Assembly: GCA_963833425.1 (NCBI GenBank)
Contig: CAWHXP010000011.1
Coordinates: 64,001-128,000 of the forward strand
Direction of reading: 5' to 3'
DNA: 64,000 bases
From: an uncultured Methanosarcinaceae archaeon
GTDB taxonomy: Archaea; Halobacteriota; Methanosarcinia; Methanosarcinales; Methanosarcinaceae
Below the pieces are notes generated by a model, which saw nothing but the letters and a program-made list of their open reading frames with translations, ran no database searches and was not told the DNA's origin. Positions 1 to 11,235 of this stretch are shown here, in pieces (positions within the stretch are counted from its first letter, which is position 1; every line of letters starts with the position of its first letter). The translations under genes were made by a program, and so were the position numbers.

Positions 1-788
1 ATGATATCGTTTCGCCCAAACTTCTAGGCTCAATAGAGGAACTTGTGGAAGTAAAGGATTTCCATGAATCTGAGTCTGTTATTATTATCAAATAATTGGG
101 GTTCGTGTGTTAACTCTATGCACTGTGATGCACTAAAGAGTTTAATTATCAGTTTTTCTGCTCGATGCAGATCTAACTATTATTAAAAAGATGTATCCTA
201 AAGCTGTATCCCGATCCCTTATTATGGGGTTTGTGATCAGAAAGGGAGAATTTGTGTCGCAGTATATAGTCTGAAAAACAAAACCTGATGTTCTGATATT
301 TTCCTTTATAAAAATCGATGTAAAATATATTAGAGTGACACTTCTACTCGCAAAATTGATACTCACATGCTTAACAAGGAAACTGGTGAATCAGACAAAG
401 TTAATTTGCGCCAGATAAACGATTTAAGTGGGTATAGAAACTATCATTCCAACTTGAGTACCCTTACTGTAAAGCGATTTGCCAAGAGACCCGGGGTTAC
501 GAAGAAGCTTACCTTATACAGATGATTAATTTTTAAGGAGCTATGCAAAATTATTTTGGAATGAATTACTTGAAACATGTTCCGAGAATAATATGATCAC
601 AAATTCGGGAATTTCTCATAAATAATTTCGAACTTGAAGTCTTCGTATATTCTGGAAGTGAATTTTTGAAACACAATCCAAGATCAATTAATAACTTAAA
701 TGGCCAAATAAGTGTAAAGTAAAAGTAATTAATACTCATGTAAAAATTTTACTAGTTAATGACGGCAAAAAAAAAATAAGAAATAATT

Positions 789-1475
789 TCATTTTCTGTT
801 CCCTTTAACCTTCCATTTAAGAAGTACCCCATTCTCGATCTTTTCCATGGATAGTAGTTCAAGTTCTAAAACTTTAGCTTCAGAGAATCCCTCTCCGTCA
901 GTAAAAGTTGGGGAAGTAGCTCCTCCGATAATAAGATTTCCTACAAAGGTATATATTTCATCAACAAGGCCTGCAGAAAGCATGCCCCAGTTAAGGGTTG
1001 AACCTCCCTCTACCATAAGAATATTTATTCCCATTTTCTTCAATTTTCCTACAAGCTCTGAAAGATCAACTTTATTAGTCTCCGTTTTAATAACAAGCGC
1101 CATTTTCTCCAGTTTTTCTACATTTTCTGCAGGAGCCGCATTTGAAACTGCAATTATTCTTATTCCATCCCCTTTTTTGAAAATATCTGCATTCACAGGG
1201 GTTCTTGCGGAACTATCCACAATAATTCTTGCTGGATTTTCACTTTTCCCAGCTGCTTTCCTGGCAGCTTTCCTTTCTGGAGATTTCACAGTAAGGCTTG
1301 GATCATCTGAAAGGATAGTTCCTATCCCTACCATCACTGCATCTGCCTGAGATCTTAGATCATCCATTCGTTCAAAATCAAGCTTTCCAGAGATCCGAAT
1401 CTGTTTCCTTTCCTTTGTTGAGAGTTTACCGTCAGCTGAGATAGCAGAATTGATAAAAATGAAAGGCCTGTCCAT
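789..1475 (-). CDS. arfC: 2,5-diamino-6-ribosylamino-4(3H)-pyrimidinone 5'-phosphate reductase (archaeal RibD C-terminal family, riboflavin/F420 pathway)
   Basis: Motifs NSAISADGKL, DAVMVGIGT..SDDPSLTV, RIIVDS and LMVEGG..LNW; 228 aa. Confidence 0.92.
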   Translation of the reverse strand: MDRPFIFINSAISADGKLSTKERKQIRISGKLDFERMDDLRSQADAVMVGIGTILSDDPSLTVKSPERKAARKAAGKSENPARIIVDSSARTPVNADIFKKGDGIRIIAVSNAAPAENVEKLEKMALVIKTETNKVDLSELVGKLKKMGINILMVEGGSTLNWGMLSAGLVDEIYTFVGNLIIGGATSPTFTDGEGFSEAKVLELELLSMEKIENGVLLKWKVKGNRK

Positions 1476-1636
1476 TTTCAGGCTCCTGAAATAGATCTCT
1501 TTTGGAGGAATTTTCGTTCGAAAAAAAGACGCATCTTATTAACATTTATTGAGTAAGCTCCATAGTTCATTTAATTTTTTTGTTTGCTCCGTATTAAGAG
1601 GTTAATTGCTGATTTGCGAGCGGATCTTAACCTGAA

Positions 1637-2491
1637 TTATTCCATTTCGACCAAAGGCTTCAGAAGATCATGATCTCTCAAAAGCCCCTGAAGTTTGCGG
1701 TTAGAGTTAATGATTGGAACCTGGTCAATCCTATTCCGCTTCATCTTCCTTGCACAATCGCTGACAGATGCAATATAAGTGGCTGTGATCGGTTCACTGA
1801 TCATAATATCACTTGCGATCATGTTAGGGACTTTGATCCTTGAAACACTATAGTAGATGCTCATGGTATCACGCATCGATTCCCAGGTCCAAGCATCATC
1901 GTCCAATCCTGCAGACATATCTGACATCTCTACACTGTCCTCAATTATGCTGGCAGAAATTACGTCACGATCCGAGATTATTCCTACGAGTTCCAGATTC
2001 GCATCAAGCACAGGGACAGCCTTGACTCCTGCAAGCTCCATTATCCTGGCAACAACAGGCAAAGGTGTTTCATTATAAATAGCAACTACTTCTTTTTCTA
2101 CGTAATCCTTGATGGGAATATCGATATTCATATCTGCAATTGTTGCCACAACATCTGCAACAGTAACAAGTCCTACGAGTTTTCCCTCATCTACGACCGG
2201 GAGCCTCCTTATGCGGTGTTCTAAAAGAAGACGTGCTGCAGTCTGCAGGGCTGACCCAGGGGATATGGTTATAGGATTCCTTGTCATAAGAAGGGCTAGC
2301 TGTTCTTCTTCAGGGTTTTGTAGAAGATTCGTCCTGGTCACGATTCCTACAACTTTGGAGTCTTTAATTACCGGAACCCCTGATATATGTTTGTTCTTAA
2401 GAACTTTAAGAATTTCGTCCCTTGAGCCTGGTAGGGTTGCACTTGCTACATCCCTGACCATAATATCTTCAATGAAGATGTTTTTTGGCAT
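1637..2491 (-). CDS. CBS-domain protein (four CBS repeats)
   Basis: Repeated CBS signatures: ISGVPV..VVGIVT, IRRLPVVD.GKLVGLVT, AVPVLD..LVGIISDRD, IDQVPII..LQGLL. Confidence 0.88.
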   Translation of the reverse strand: MPKNIFIEDIMVRDVASATLPGSRDEILKVLKNKHISGVPVIKDSKVVGIVTRTNLLQNPEEEQLALLMTRNPITISPGSALQTAARLLLEHRIRRLPVVDEGKLVGLVTVADVVATIADMNIDIPIKDYVEKEVVAIYNETPLPVVARIMELAGVKAVPVLDANLELVGIISDRDVISASIIEDSVEMSDMSAGLDDDAWTWESMRDTMSIYYSVSRIKVPNMIASDIMISEPITATYIASVSDCARKMKRNRIDQVPIINSNRKLQGLLRDHDLLKPLVEME

Positions 2492-2577
2492 GCGATTTAC
2501 ACCTTTGTATCCTCTGAATCCGGATTTACTTTTTATGTCCCTTTCTCAAAAGATTTCTCATTTGATAGAAAGAATCA

Positions 2578-3027
2578 TCACTGTTCTTCACCCCGGACTA
2601 CTAGAACCGGGATTTTTGAGCTTCTCATTACTTTTTCTGCAACACTCCCCATTAAAAACCTATCGAGTCCGGTTTTTCCGAGGGTACCGACTACTATAAT
2701 GTCAGCGTTATTATTTTCTGCGAAATTGATAATTTCACTGCTAGGATGTCCTTCCAAGATAACATCTCTTACATTTACTCCTGATGCCTCTCCAAGTTCT
2801 CTTACTTCGGATACCGCCTTCTCTCCTTCTTTTCTTAGGACCTCATACATTTCTTCCCACCCGCCATCCATCGGTATCGAGGAAAAAGAAGATGTATCCA
2901 CCACGTAGAGAGTGTGAACCGTGGCTCCGCTAAGTTTTGCAATTCCAATACCGTAAGAAATAGCTTTCTTGCTATTTTCGGATCCGTCTGTTGCAATCAC
3001 TATATTCCGGTAAAACTCGCTCTTCAT
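2578..3027 (-). CDS. Universal stress protein (UspA family)
   Basis: IVIATDGSENS and ADIIVVGTLGKTGLDRFLMGSVAEKV motifs. Start placed at the ATG at 3027, which follows a GGAG RBS. Confidence 0.92.
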   Translation of the reverse strand: MKSEFYRNIVIATDGSENSKKAISYGIGIAKLSGATVHTLYVVDTSSFSSIPMDGGWEEMYEVLRKEGEKAVSEVRELGEASGVNVRDVILEGHPSSEIINFAENNNADIIVVGTLGKTGLDRFLMGSVAEKVMRSSKIPVLVVRGEEQ

Positions 3028-3046
3028 GTCTTTGTTCTCCATTTGC

Positions 3047-4157
3047 TTACGAATGAAGTACCGATAGTATATCATCGGGTCTTGCCCGCCTTACAATTCC
3101 ACTTATAGGGTTTTTTATCCCTGTAAGATTATTGGAACTTCCATTCAGGATCATTAAATTAGCTTTATTTCCCTTTTCTATCGAACCTAGTGGAATCCTG
3201 CTCAGTTATAAAAGAACCATTAAGTGTGCAAATTTTAAATACTTGTCTATCCTCAATTGAAAAAACCTTGGACATAAATTCCATTTCAGCAAACATATTT
3301 ACTGAATTTAGCATTACATTATCTGTTCCTGCAGCTACTTTGAGTCCAGCCTCCAGCATTTCTGCAATAGGTGCCATGCCAGCTCCTGTGACAAAATTTG
3401 ATCTTGGACATACTACTACCGGAATTTTCGCATCAGCCACATATTCAATATCTTTTTTTGTGGCAGTAGTTAGATGAATTAGGAGATCAGGCTCAAGTGA
3501 TAGTGCTTTTTCTATATCGCTCCGATTCTTTTCTCCTGCATGAATTGCAAAGAACTTTTTCAGATCTCGTGTGTAGGTTGCGATCTCCTCCAATATTACA
3601 AGATCAAGATCATTTGCCCCGCTCATTCCAATTCCGTTGGAATGTAGAAGAACTCTTTTTACTTCGTCAAGTATCACTATGAGGGGTAATTCAGGCTTTT
3701 CAGGTCTACCGAGTATCATGGAATGAATTTCAAGCCCTTCAAGAGCTTTATTTAGGGCTTCAACTCCTAAAATTCCCCCTTCTCTAAAATCTGCAAAGGC
3801 ATAGGTACCTGTTTCGATCATATCAAATAGAGACTTTCTCATACTTTCTATAAGGATTTTATACGGCGTTTCTCTGAGAATTTCATGCTTTATTCCATCT
3901 GGATATTTTACGAGAGAATCGAGATCTTTCTGAATCCGAAAGCCAGAAATTTTCCCTAAAGGAGGATCTTTGAGTACCGAATCTCCAAGGTGAGTGTGGG
4001 CATTGACAAAACAGGGAGCTATTATATTGGAAGAACACGTGTGTTCCTCTCCAATTTCTGTAATTATTCCGTTATTTATGCAGATATAACCCTCAATAGT
4101 TTCCAGTTCGGGACCTGCAATGATTGTTCCGGAAATAATCTTTTCATTACTGTACAT
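3047..4157 (-). CDS. Amidohydrolase superfamily protein (deaminase-like), one frameshift near 3188
   Basis: NAHTH, IHAGE and GTDN metal-binding motifs. Removing one base at ~3188 restores the typical C-terminus GSIEKGNKANLMIL...RRARPDDILSVLHS*. Confidence 0.85.
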
Positions 4158-5032
4158 ATATAATAACCTCTGTTATTTCTCAAAACATATGTGCTCATTT
4201 TGTAGAAGACTAAATATATACATATTGTGTAACTTTTCAGCATGGGGAAAACAATATTATTAGTCACCTTTACTGAGATTCAATAAGCAAACTTTGGTGG
4301 GGTTAATTTATTTGACTGTTAGCTATTGATGATGATTTTATTTTACCTATCAGTCTATAATAAAAAATATCTATTGCGTCAAAATAGAGGCCAACAATCT
4401 GGAAGCTCAAAAATCATTTTGGGTAGGCTAAATGGTTACAACACAATATGAAGCGTCATTTTTTTATGATGAACTAATTTTTATGGATTTTGGATTGTTC
4501 GAGTATTTCCCGTTATATATTTAAAACTTTTTAATGGAATTTTTGATAAATACTATGTGTTATTATTGGTCCTTTTAAGGCTGTTTTTGAATTTTATCAG
4601 GTCATATTTATTTCCTTCAGAGCTTAATCACTTGAGGATAAAGATTCAAGCACAAGTAAGTTTTTCATAAATATTATACTCATAGATAGTTGAAAATTTT
4701 AATAGCACTGATTTTTAGTTCAGCTGTATAACATTAGTTCCGATTTAATGTAGTCACAATAACTATTACTTATTCTTTTCAAATTTTTCTTCAATAGTTC
4801 ACACGAAAAAACTTCATCCAAACCTGATTGCTCTGGATGCCCTTATATGGTAGTTCCAGTCTCCTGGGATAATTCTCTTGCTTGGTCAATGATTCCATGT
4901 GTGAGGTTTCACTCAATTCTTCAGACTAAAATACCTAAAAGAAGCTTTTCTTGGAGCAACACTTTAGGAAGGTGTGTTGATGGCTGTAGAACTACTTCTC
5001 CCATTTGATATTACAACTTGGTTTTAAGTACA

Positions 5033-5123
5033 AGAGGATTTCGATAAACCTCTGATTTCAACAAATTGCTTATATACCCTTTATAAACTATCTACTAAAA
5101 AGTGGGGTTTATCGAAATCGTCG
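5033..5123. mobile_element. MITE (~90 bp) with IS5-type terminal inverted repeats
   Basis: Ends AGAGGATTTCGATAAAC ... GTTTATCGAAATCGTCG match the ends of the IS5 element at 40489-41624. Confidence 0.8.
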
Positions 5124-5589
5124 CAAGTTTATCGAGTTTTTACGCTCCCTGCTTTATTTGATTTAAAAAATCTGTAGGAATTAAATTTTTCTTCTATATC
5201 TATAATATTTGTAGCTCATTTTTTGTCTCCTTGAAGCCAAGTTTCTACCCAACTCCAGAGTTTACCCTAAAAATGCACATACATTTTATCTTCCTTTACT
5301 TCAAAATTTACTAATGGGCTATATATCATGAAATCAGGACATAACTCAAAACTCAGTTTTCATGTGAGGTTAACTAAACTGTTTCATCGATTCTTGAAAC
5401 TGAAGATCCCTTAGAAGACAAAGGTTCCTTGGGATTCACTTATCTATGTCATTTAAAGGCAGTTAAATCAGGAGAAGCATGAATATTTTCGAGTCTCTGT
5501 GACTCTTCTTTATGAACTCTGGAGATATGTGCTTGCGCCTTATCTTTCCAATCTAAAAGAAGACAAAATGCTTTTTTATTACAACACAA

Positions 5590-5800
5590 AGTATATATCA
5601 TATGGTGCGTTTTCTAGTGATGTTTTTACCGAAGAACCTACGCTTTTGCAGGAATTCCTGAAAAGCCACGCAGCAATTTTTTTGTGGCGGATTTAAATCT
5701 CCCGATCGATTTGTTGGTCCGTTATAGTCGGTAAAGATATAACTTCAGCCCAGAAAATTTTCCTTCTGGGCATCGATCAATTGATATCAGGAGAACTATT
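5590..5800 (+). promoter_or_regulatory. Probable rps15 promoter and long structured 5' leader (candidate S15 ribosomal leader)
   Basis: TATA-like GTATATAT at ~5592, then ~175 nt with hairpins (GCCAC...GTGGC; GCCCAGAA...TTCTGGGC) and a GGAG RBS before the ATG at 5801. Confidence 0.5.
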
Positions 5801-6260
<460 letters not shown>

Positions 6261-6828
6261 CACTATAACTATTTTAGATTATGTAGTCGGTTTTGCTTCT
6301 CGCCAAACCGCTCTTCATACTATTTTTGAAGATATATTATTTTTATTGTTTTACCAAGTGATTTTTCCTATATTATTTTGGAATAATTTCGCCTCAAATT
6401 TTTTATAATTTCTCCATACTCTCACAACCTACAAAAAACTAAATATTATTCTAAGTATTGATTCTACTGGCAATAGAGTTCTAAAAGATATTTTCTGGTG
6501 ACCCTAGGTATTCAAGTTTCAAGGTAATGTGGAGCTTTCTGTCGTATCATTGAATGAATTCTTCAAAGATTTCAAACTTGCCTCTGTAAAACTATGGTAT
6601 ACATTGAATCATTTCTCAATTTTTCAGTTTATCTGAGGATTTTTTAACCATGCAAGTATTGGCTTATTTGCTTCTGTGATCCATTATTAGTTTCTTTAAT
6701 GGCATATATTCCAGTATTGTCTGAAGAGTTCGACCATCACTTAGATCGTATTTTGCGTGTTGCAATCATAGTCAACTTACAAATTAATTACATTTTTAAA
6801 AACCAATTATAGTTGGAAACGTAATTAT

Positions 6829-6918
6829 AGAGAATTTCGATAAATCACTACGTTTCTTCATATGTTCATAAAGGGTATAATACAACTAGTGAAAACCAAA
6901 GGCTAATAGAAATTCTCT
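6829..6918. mobile_element. MITE, IS5-type, inverted relative to the 5033 copy
   Basis: Ends AGAGAATTTCGATAAA ... TAATAGAAATTCTCT; internal ATAAAGGGTATA is the reverse complement of the core of the 5033 copy. Confidence 0.7.
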
Positions 6919-7226
6919 TTAATTTATCATGTTAACTTATTCTTTCAAAAAATAAATATTCAGAATTTGAGAATATTTTAGCTACATTAGATGCATTCAT
7001 GTATATACTAACTAAATATATTTTATTATAATTTTATCCAGCTAATGCTTTAGTAGTGTTCTCCTAATCATTAATTTTCTGGTATACAACTTTTTATTTA
7101 TAGGGGATAGCTTCAAATTATTTATATAGTTGTATTACATAATAACAATGGGGCTTTCAGTACAAGGACAGAGGTGTGTTATTCACAATTGATGAACATC
7201 TTATGAAAGAAAAGGGGATACAATAC

Positions 7227-7472
7227 ATGGAACAGATAAAGAATTGTATAATTGATTATTTGAAGGCTAACTCTTTTATGGACAAGGATACCAAATTTGG
7301 AGATAATGATTCTCTTACTCAGAGCGGAATTATAGATTCAATTGGTCTGCTTGAACTCGTGGACTACATCAGTGAGAAATATTCGATTGAAATTCCTGAA
7401 GACATGCTAACGCCGGAAAACTTTGACTCATTGCAGGGAATTACTAATATGATACTCAAGCTGGCGAAGTGA
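7227..7472 (+). CDS. Acyl/aminoacyl carrier protein (phosphopantetheine attachment domain)
   Basis: 81-aa acidic protein with SL..SGIIDSIGLLELV (conserved Ser) and IEIPEDMLTPENFDS; its stop overlaps the next start (GTGA). Confidence 0.9.
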   Translation: MEQIKNCIIDYLKANSFMDKDTKFGDNDSLTQSGIIDSIGLLELVDYISEKYSIEIPEDMLTPENFDSLQGITNMILKLAK

Positions 7473-8957
7473 AAAAAATGCGAATTGATGCGTATATCAC
7501 AGAATACGCCAGAATAACTCCTCAAAATATTGCTCTTGAAGAAGGCAAAAATTCAGTTTCCTATGGCTGTCTTGATGAGGATATAAATATTCTCGCTTCG
7601 TCTCTGATGGATTTTGAACATTGCAGATTTGCAATACTGGCAGAGTCTGGTATACAATATATAAAAATACTTATGGCTGTATACAGGTCAGCCAACATTG
7701 CAATCCCTCTTCCGATCGAATTCCCAAAATTCAGTCTTGAATTGATCCTTGATGCTGACAATGTCAATAATATAATTGCAACAGATACACAGTATTTTAG
7801 ATTTGGAGAGAGTTTTTTTGAACGCTTTGGAACCGTGATCATTGTTGACAATGATAATTCTTTAAATATTCTCCGTAGGAAGGCCGAATCAGAAACAAAT
7901 AAACCGAAACTTCGACTGGTCCTTTACACCTCAGGCACAACAGGTACTCCAAAAGGAGTCATGTTGAGTGACAAAAACCTGGTAGCAAATGCAAAATCAA
8001 TAATAGAAGTGCTTGGAATAACTCCAAAAGATAAAGCAGCACTTGTTATATCCATGCACCATGCTTTTGGGAATTCCATAATAGATTCCCACATTATGGC
8101 TGGCGGATCAATCAGAATTGGAAGCATGAATTTTATGGATTCGGTTTTCAATCTGGTTGAGTCAGAAGTATCCATATTCTATGGAGTGCCCAGCACATAT
8201 CGTATACTTCTCAAGTATCCAGATAGATTCAAAAAAGCTTTTGCTAATGTCAGAATTGCTGCATCTGCTGGTGGCGGCATGGATCGAAAGATTATAACTG
8301 ATATATGGGGACTAACTCCTAATATCGATATTTTGCCAATGTATGGCCAGACGGAAGCTACAGCACGGCTTGCCTACCTTCCAGCAGAAGATGTGAATAA
8401 ATTCATTGACACTATAGGAAAAGCAATTCCAGGGGTTGAGCTGGATGTCTTTGATTCTGAGTACAGATCAGTAGAACCAAATATAACAGGTGAATTGGTT
8501 GCTAGGGGGGACAATATCCTGTTAGGTTACCTAGATGATGAAATCTCCACTAAGGAGAGGATCATAGATGGGTGGCTGCATACAGGAGACCTTGCACAAA
8601 AATTGCCTAATGGGTATATTAAACTGCTGGGTCGTAAGGACGATATCATTAAAATTGGCGATCATCGTGTGAACCCAAGAGAAATTGAAAGGCATATAGA
8701 GGAGAATAACAAGGTTTCCAAAGTTTTTGTTGTGCCTGTATCCCATGAACTTTTGGGAACTGCGATCAGCCTCATGGTCATACCTACGAAGGGGACAGAA
8801 ATCAATACATCTATTTACATTCTGCCGGAAGAGCCTGCCAGGTTACCTGTGCCCAAGAGAAATATTACTCATAGATAATCTCCCATTAAGCGAGAACGGA
8901 AAAATATCCAATCGATCCATTATAGAGGAATACAAACATGTCAAAGCTAGTATGTAA
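7469..8957 (+). CDS. AMP-binding adenylate-forming enzyme (acyl-CoA/acyl-ACP ligase family), one frameshift at ~8810
   Basis: YTSGTTGTPKGV, YGQTEA, LHTGDL and GRKDDIIK motifs. Removing one base at ~8810 restores LPGYLCP...LPLSENGKI with the catalytic Lys. Confidence 0.9.
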
Positions 8958-9948
8958 AAAATGTGTTCTGGATTCGGATATCCCAGGTATAGATATTAAT
9001 AAGGAAACTGGTCTCTGCCATTTTTGTGAGACTTACACTCCTCTTTTATCACAGGAAAAGAGTGAATATCTGAGTAAAATTGATGAGCTGTTTAAAAATT
9101 GCAGCGGAAAGGGTAATTATAGCGTTATTTATGCACTTTCCGGTGGGAAGGATTCTTCATACACGCTTTACAAGCTCAAAAAAGAATATCCTTTCCTGAA
9201 TGTTTTGGCTGTTCAGTTCGATAATGGATTTATTTCTGAAAATGCAATAAAAAATGCCAAAAAGATGTGCAAGGTCACAGGCTGCGATTATTTTCAGCTG
9301 ACAATAGAGAAGGATATACTTTACGATACATTTCGAAAAGCGGCCGAATCTTACGATGCATTTCCTAAATTCGCTAAATACCGAGCCAGTGATATCTGCA
9401 ATATCTGTATCACTATCATCAAACAGAAACTTATAGAACAGGCCATCATTCAGAAGGCACCTTTTATTGTATTTGCTTTCACAGCTGGACAATCTCCTAA
9501 TCCTATAATTAACTTATCACTTAACTTCATACAATGGTCCAGGAATCTATTTGAAAAGCAGCTTCAAAAAATAGGCGTTGATGATAAAGATGAATTATTC
9601 CTCATAAAAAGTGAGATTATTGAGAATATGGGGGAGAATGTTCTAAGTATTCTGCATCCATTGTGTCTATGGGAATATAGTGAGGATAAAGTACTGAGGA
9701 CATTGTTGGAAATTGGTTGGGAGCTACCGGATATTAAAGACAGTAATTCAACCAATTGTACATTGAACTCCTTTGCCTGCTATAACCATCTAGAGAAATA
9801 TGGGTTCCATCCTTATGCCTTTGATACAGCAGGACTTGTCAGAAGTGGGGAAATGTCTAGGGAAGAAGGATTTGAAAAAATTAACCAGGAGCTATCTAAA
9901 CAATTGATAGAAGAAGCTGCAAATAAGCTTAAGATTAAAAACAAATAA
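8938..9948 (+). CDS. PP-loop (adenine nucleotide alpha hydrolase) enzyme, N-acetyl-sugar amidotransferase-like
   Basis: N-terminal CxxC...CxxC, SGGKDSSY PP-loop, DNGF, CNIC, STNC and VRSGEMSREEG motifs. Confidence 0.75.
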   Translation: MSKLVCKKCVLDSDIPGIDINKETGLCHFCETYTPLLSQEKSEYLSKIDELFKNCSGKGNYSVIYALSGGKDSSYTLYKLKKEYPFLNVLAVQFDNGFISENAIKNAKKMCKVTGCDYFQLTIEKDILYDTFRKAAESYDAFPKFAKYRASDICNICITIIKQKLIEQAIIQKAPFIVFAFTAGQSPNPIINLSLNFIQWSRNLFEKQLQKIGVDDKDELFLIKSEIIENMGENVLSILHPLCLWEYSEDKVLRTLLEIGWELPDIKDSNSTNCTLNSFACYNHLEKYGFHPYAFDTAGLVRSGEMSREEGFEKINQELSKQLIEEAANKLKIKNK

Positions 9949-10035
9949 TTTTAAAAAATTATTAACTACGATTTAATCCATAATTATGATATATTTTATT
10001 AATATAAATAAAATGGCTATTAGAGGGATGATATT

Positions 10036-11028
10036 ATGCAAGCAGTTGAAGAATTGAATGTGCAGATAATGGAAGAACTGAGCAGAGACATTGAAAATCT
10101 AGCTTCAAATATTAGAGGTTTTATTAGAAGTCAGATAGTGAGTTTTAAGAAAAAAGGAGTGCTTTTAGGAGTTTCAGGTGGAATTGATTCAGCTGTTAGC
10201 TCTTACACTTTGTGTACAGGAGCTTGGGAGTGAAAACGTGTATGGGCTTCTCCTTCCTGAAAAAGAATCTGCTCCTTCCAGTAAAATTTTGGGCGCAGAA
10301 ATCTGCGAAAGCCTGGGTGTGTCGTATGAGGATGTTCCTATATCTCCAATCCTGGAGTCCCTTGATATTTATGAGAAAAAGGAACAGATCATTAAGAGAA
10401 CCTGCCCAGAATACGATGCAAGAATTCATAAAACATCTCTAATACTGCCTGATTTCCTTAACCAGGGGCTTTTGAATGTCCCTTATATCCGATTGATAAA
10501 GGATGGTAAGACGGTTGCAAAATACAGGCTAAAGGCAAGTGACTATCTGGAACTGATCGGACTGCAGGGTGTCAAGCAGCGGTCTAGAATGGTAATTCAG
10601 TACATGTATGCTGAAAAGATGAACTATCGTTGTTTGTGGGACAACCAACAAGACTGAACTTGTCCTTGGTCAGTTCGTAAAATATGGAGATGGAGGTGTA
10701 GACCTCGAGCCTCTTGCTGATTGTTATAAGACTCAGATATATGCCCTTGGGAAATTTTTGGATGTCAATGAAGAGATTATGAAACGCCCTCCCAGTGCTG
10801 ATACATGGAGTCATTATACGACTGATGAGGAGTTCTACTGGCGTATGCCCATGCACGTTATTGATCAGTTGCTATATTCCCAAGAACAGCATTTACCTTT
10901 GGAGATAATTGAAAAGAACACAGGATTATCCAGAGATCAGATAGAAAAGGCTCAAAGACACCTTAATAAAATAAAAATACACTGAATATATAAGGGCTAG
11001 CCCCCCTATTTACTATCTGAGCAAATGA
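10036..11028 (+). CDS. NH3-dependent NAD+ synthetase-like protein (NadE family), frameshifts at ~10198, ~10628 and ~10975
   Basis: GVSGGIDSA PP-loop and KQRSRM; after correction VCGTTNKTE..GQFVKYGDGG.D.EPL...YKTQ, followed by RPPSADTW. Confidence 0.82.
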
Positions 11029-11120
11029 AATTTAGACCAAATAAATTATCGGAGGCAAAGATGTAATAGCAACAATCAAGAAATTTTGCTACTTTGCCTG
11101 AAGCAGAAAACCAAGCATTT

Positions 11121-11213
11121 AGAGGATTTCGATTAAACCTCTGATTTCTATAGGTCATTTATATACCATTTTATAAGTATATGACGAAATATTAGGGTTT
11201 ATCGAAATCCTCT
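11121..11213. mobile_element. MITE, IS5-type
   Basis: Ends AGAGGATTTCGATTAAAC ... GTTTATCGAAATCCTCT; interior similar to the 5033 copy. Confidence 0.82.
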
Positions 11214-11235
11214 ATTAATTATATCTGACATATCT

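Noticed and set aside
1..660. Possible coding remnant at the window start
   Set aside because: All frames are interrupted and no family motif is recognisable.
847..2908. Plus-strand ORFs overlapping arfC, CBS and usp (and similar antisense ORFs across the window)
   Set aside because: Shadow frames opposite well-supported genes, with no recognisable motifs.
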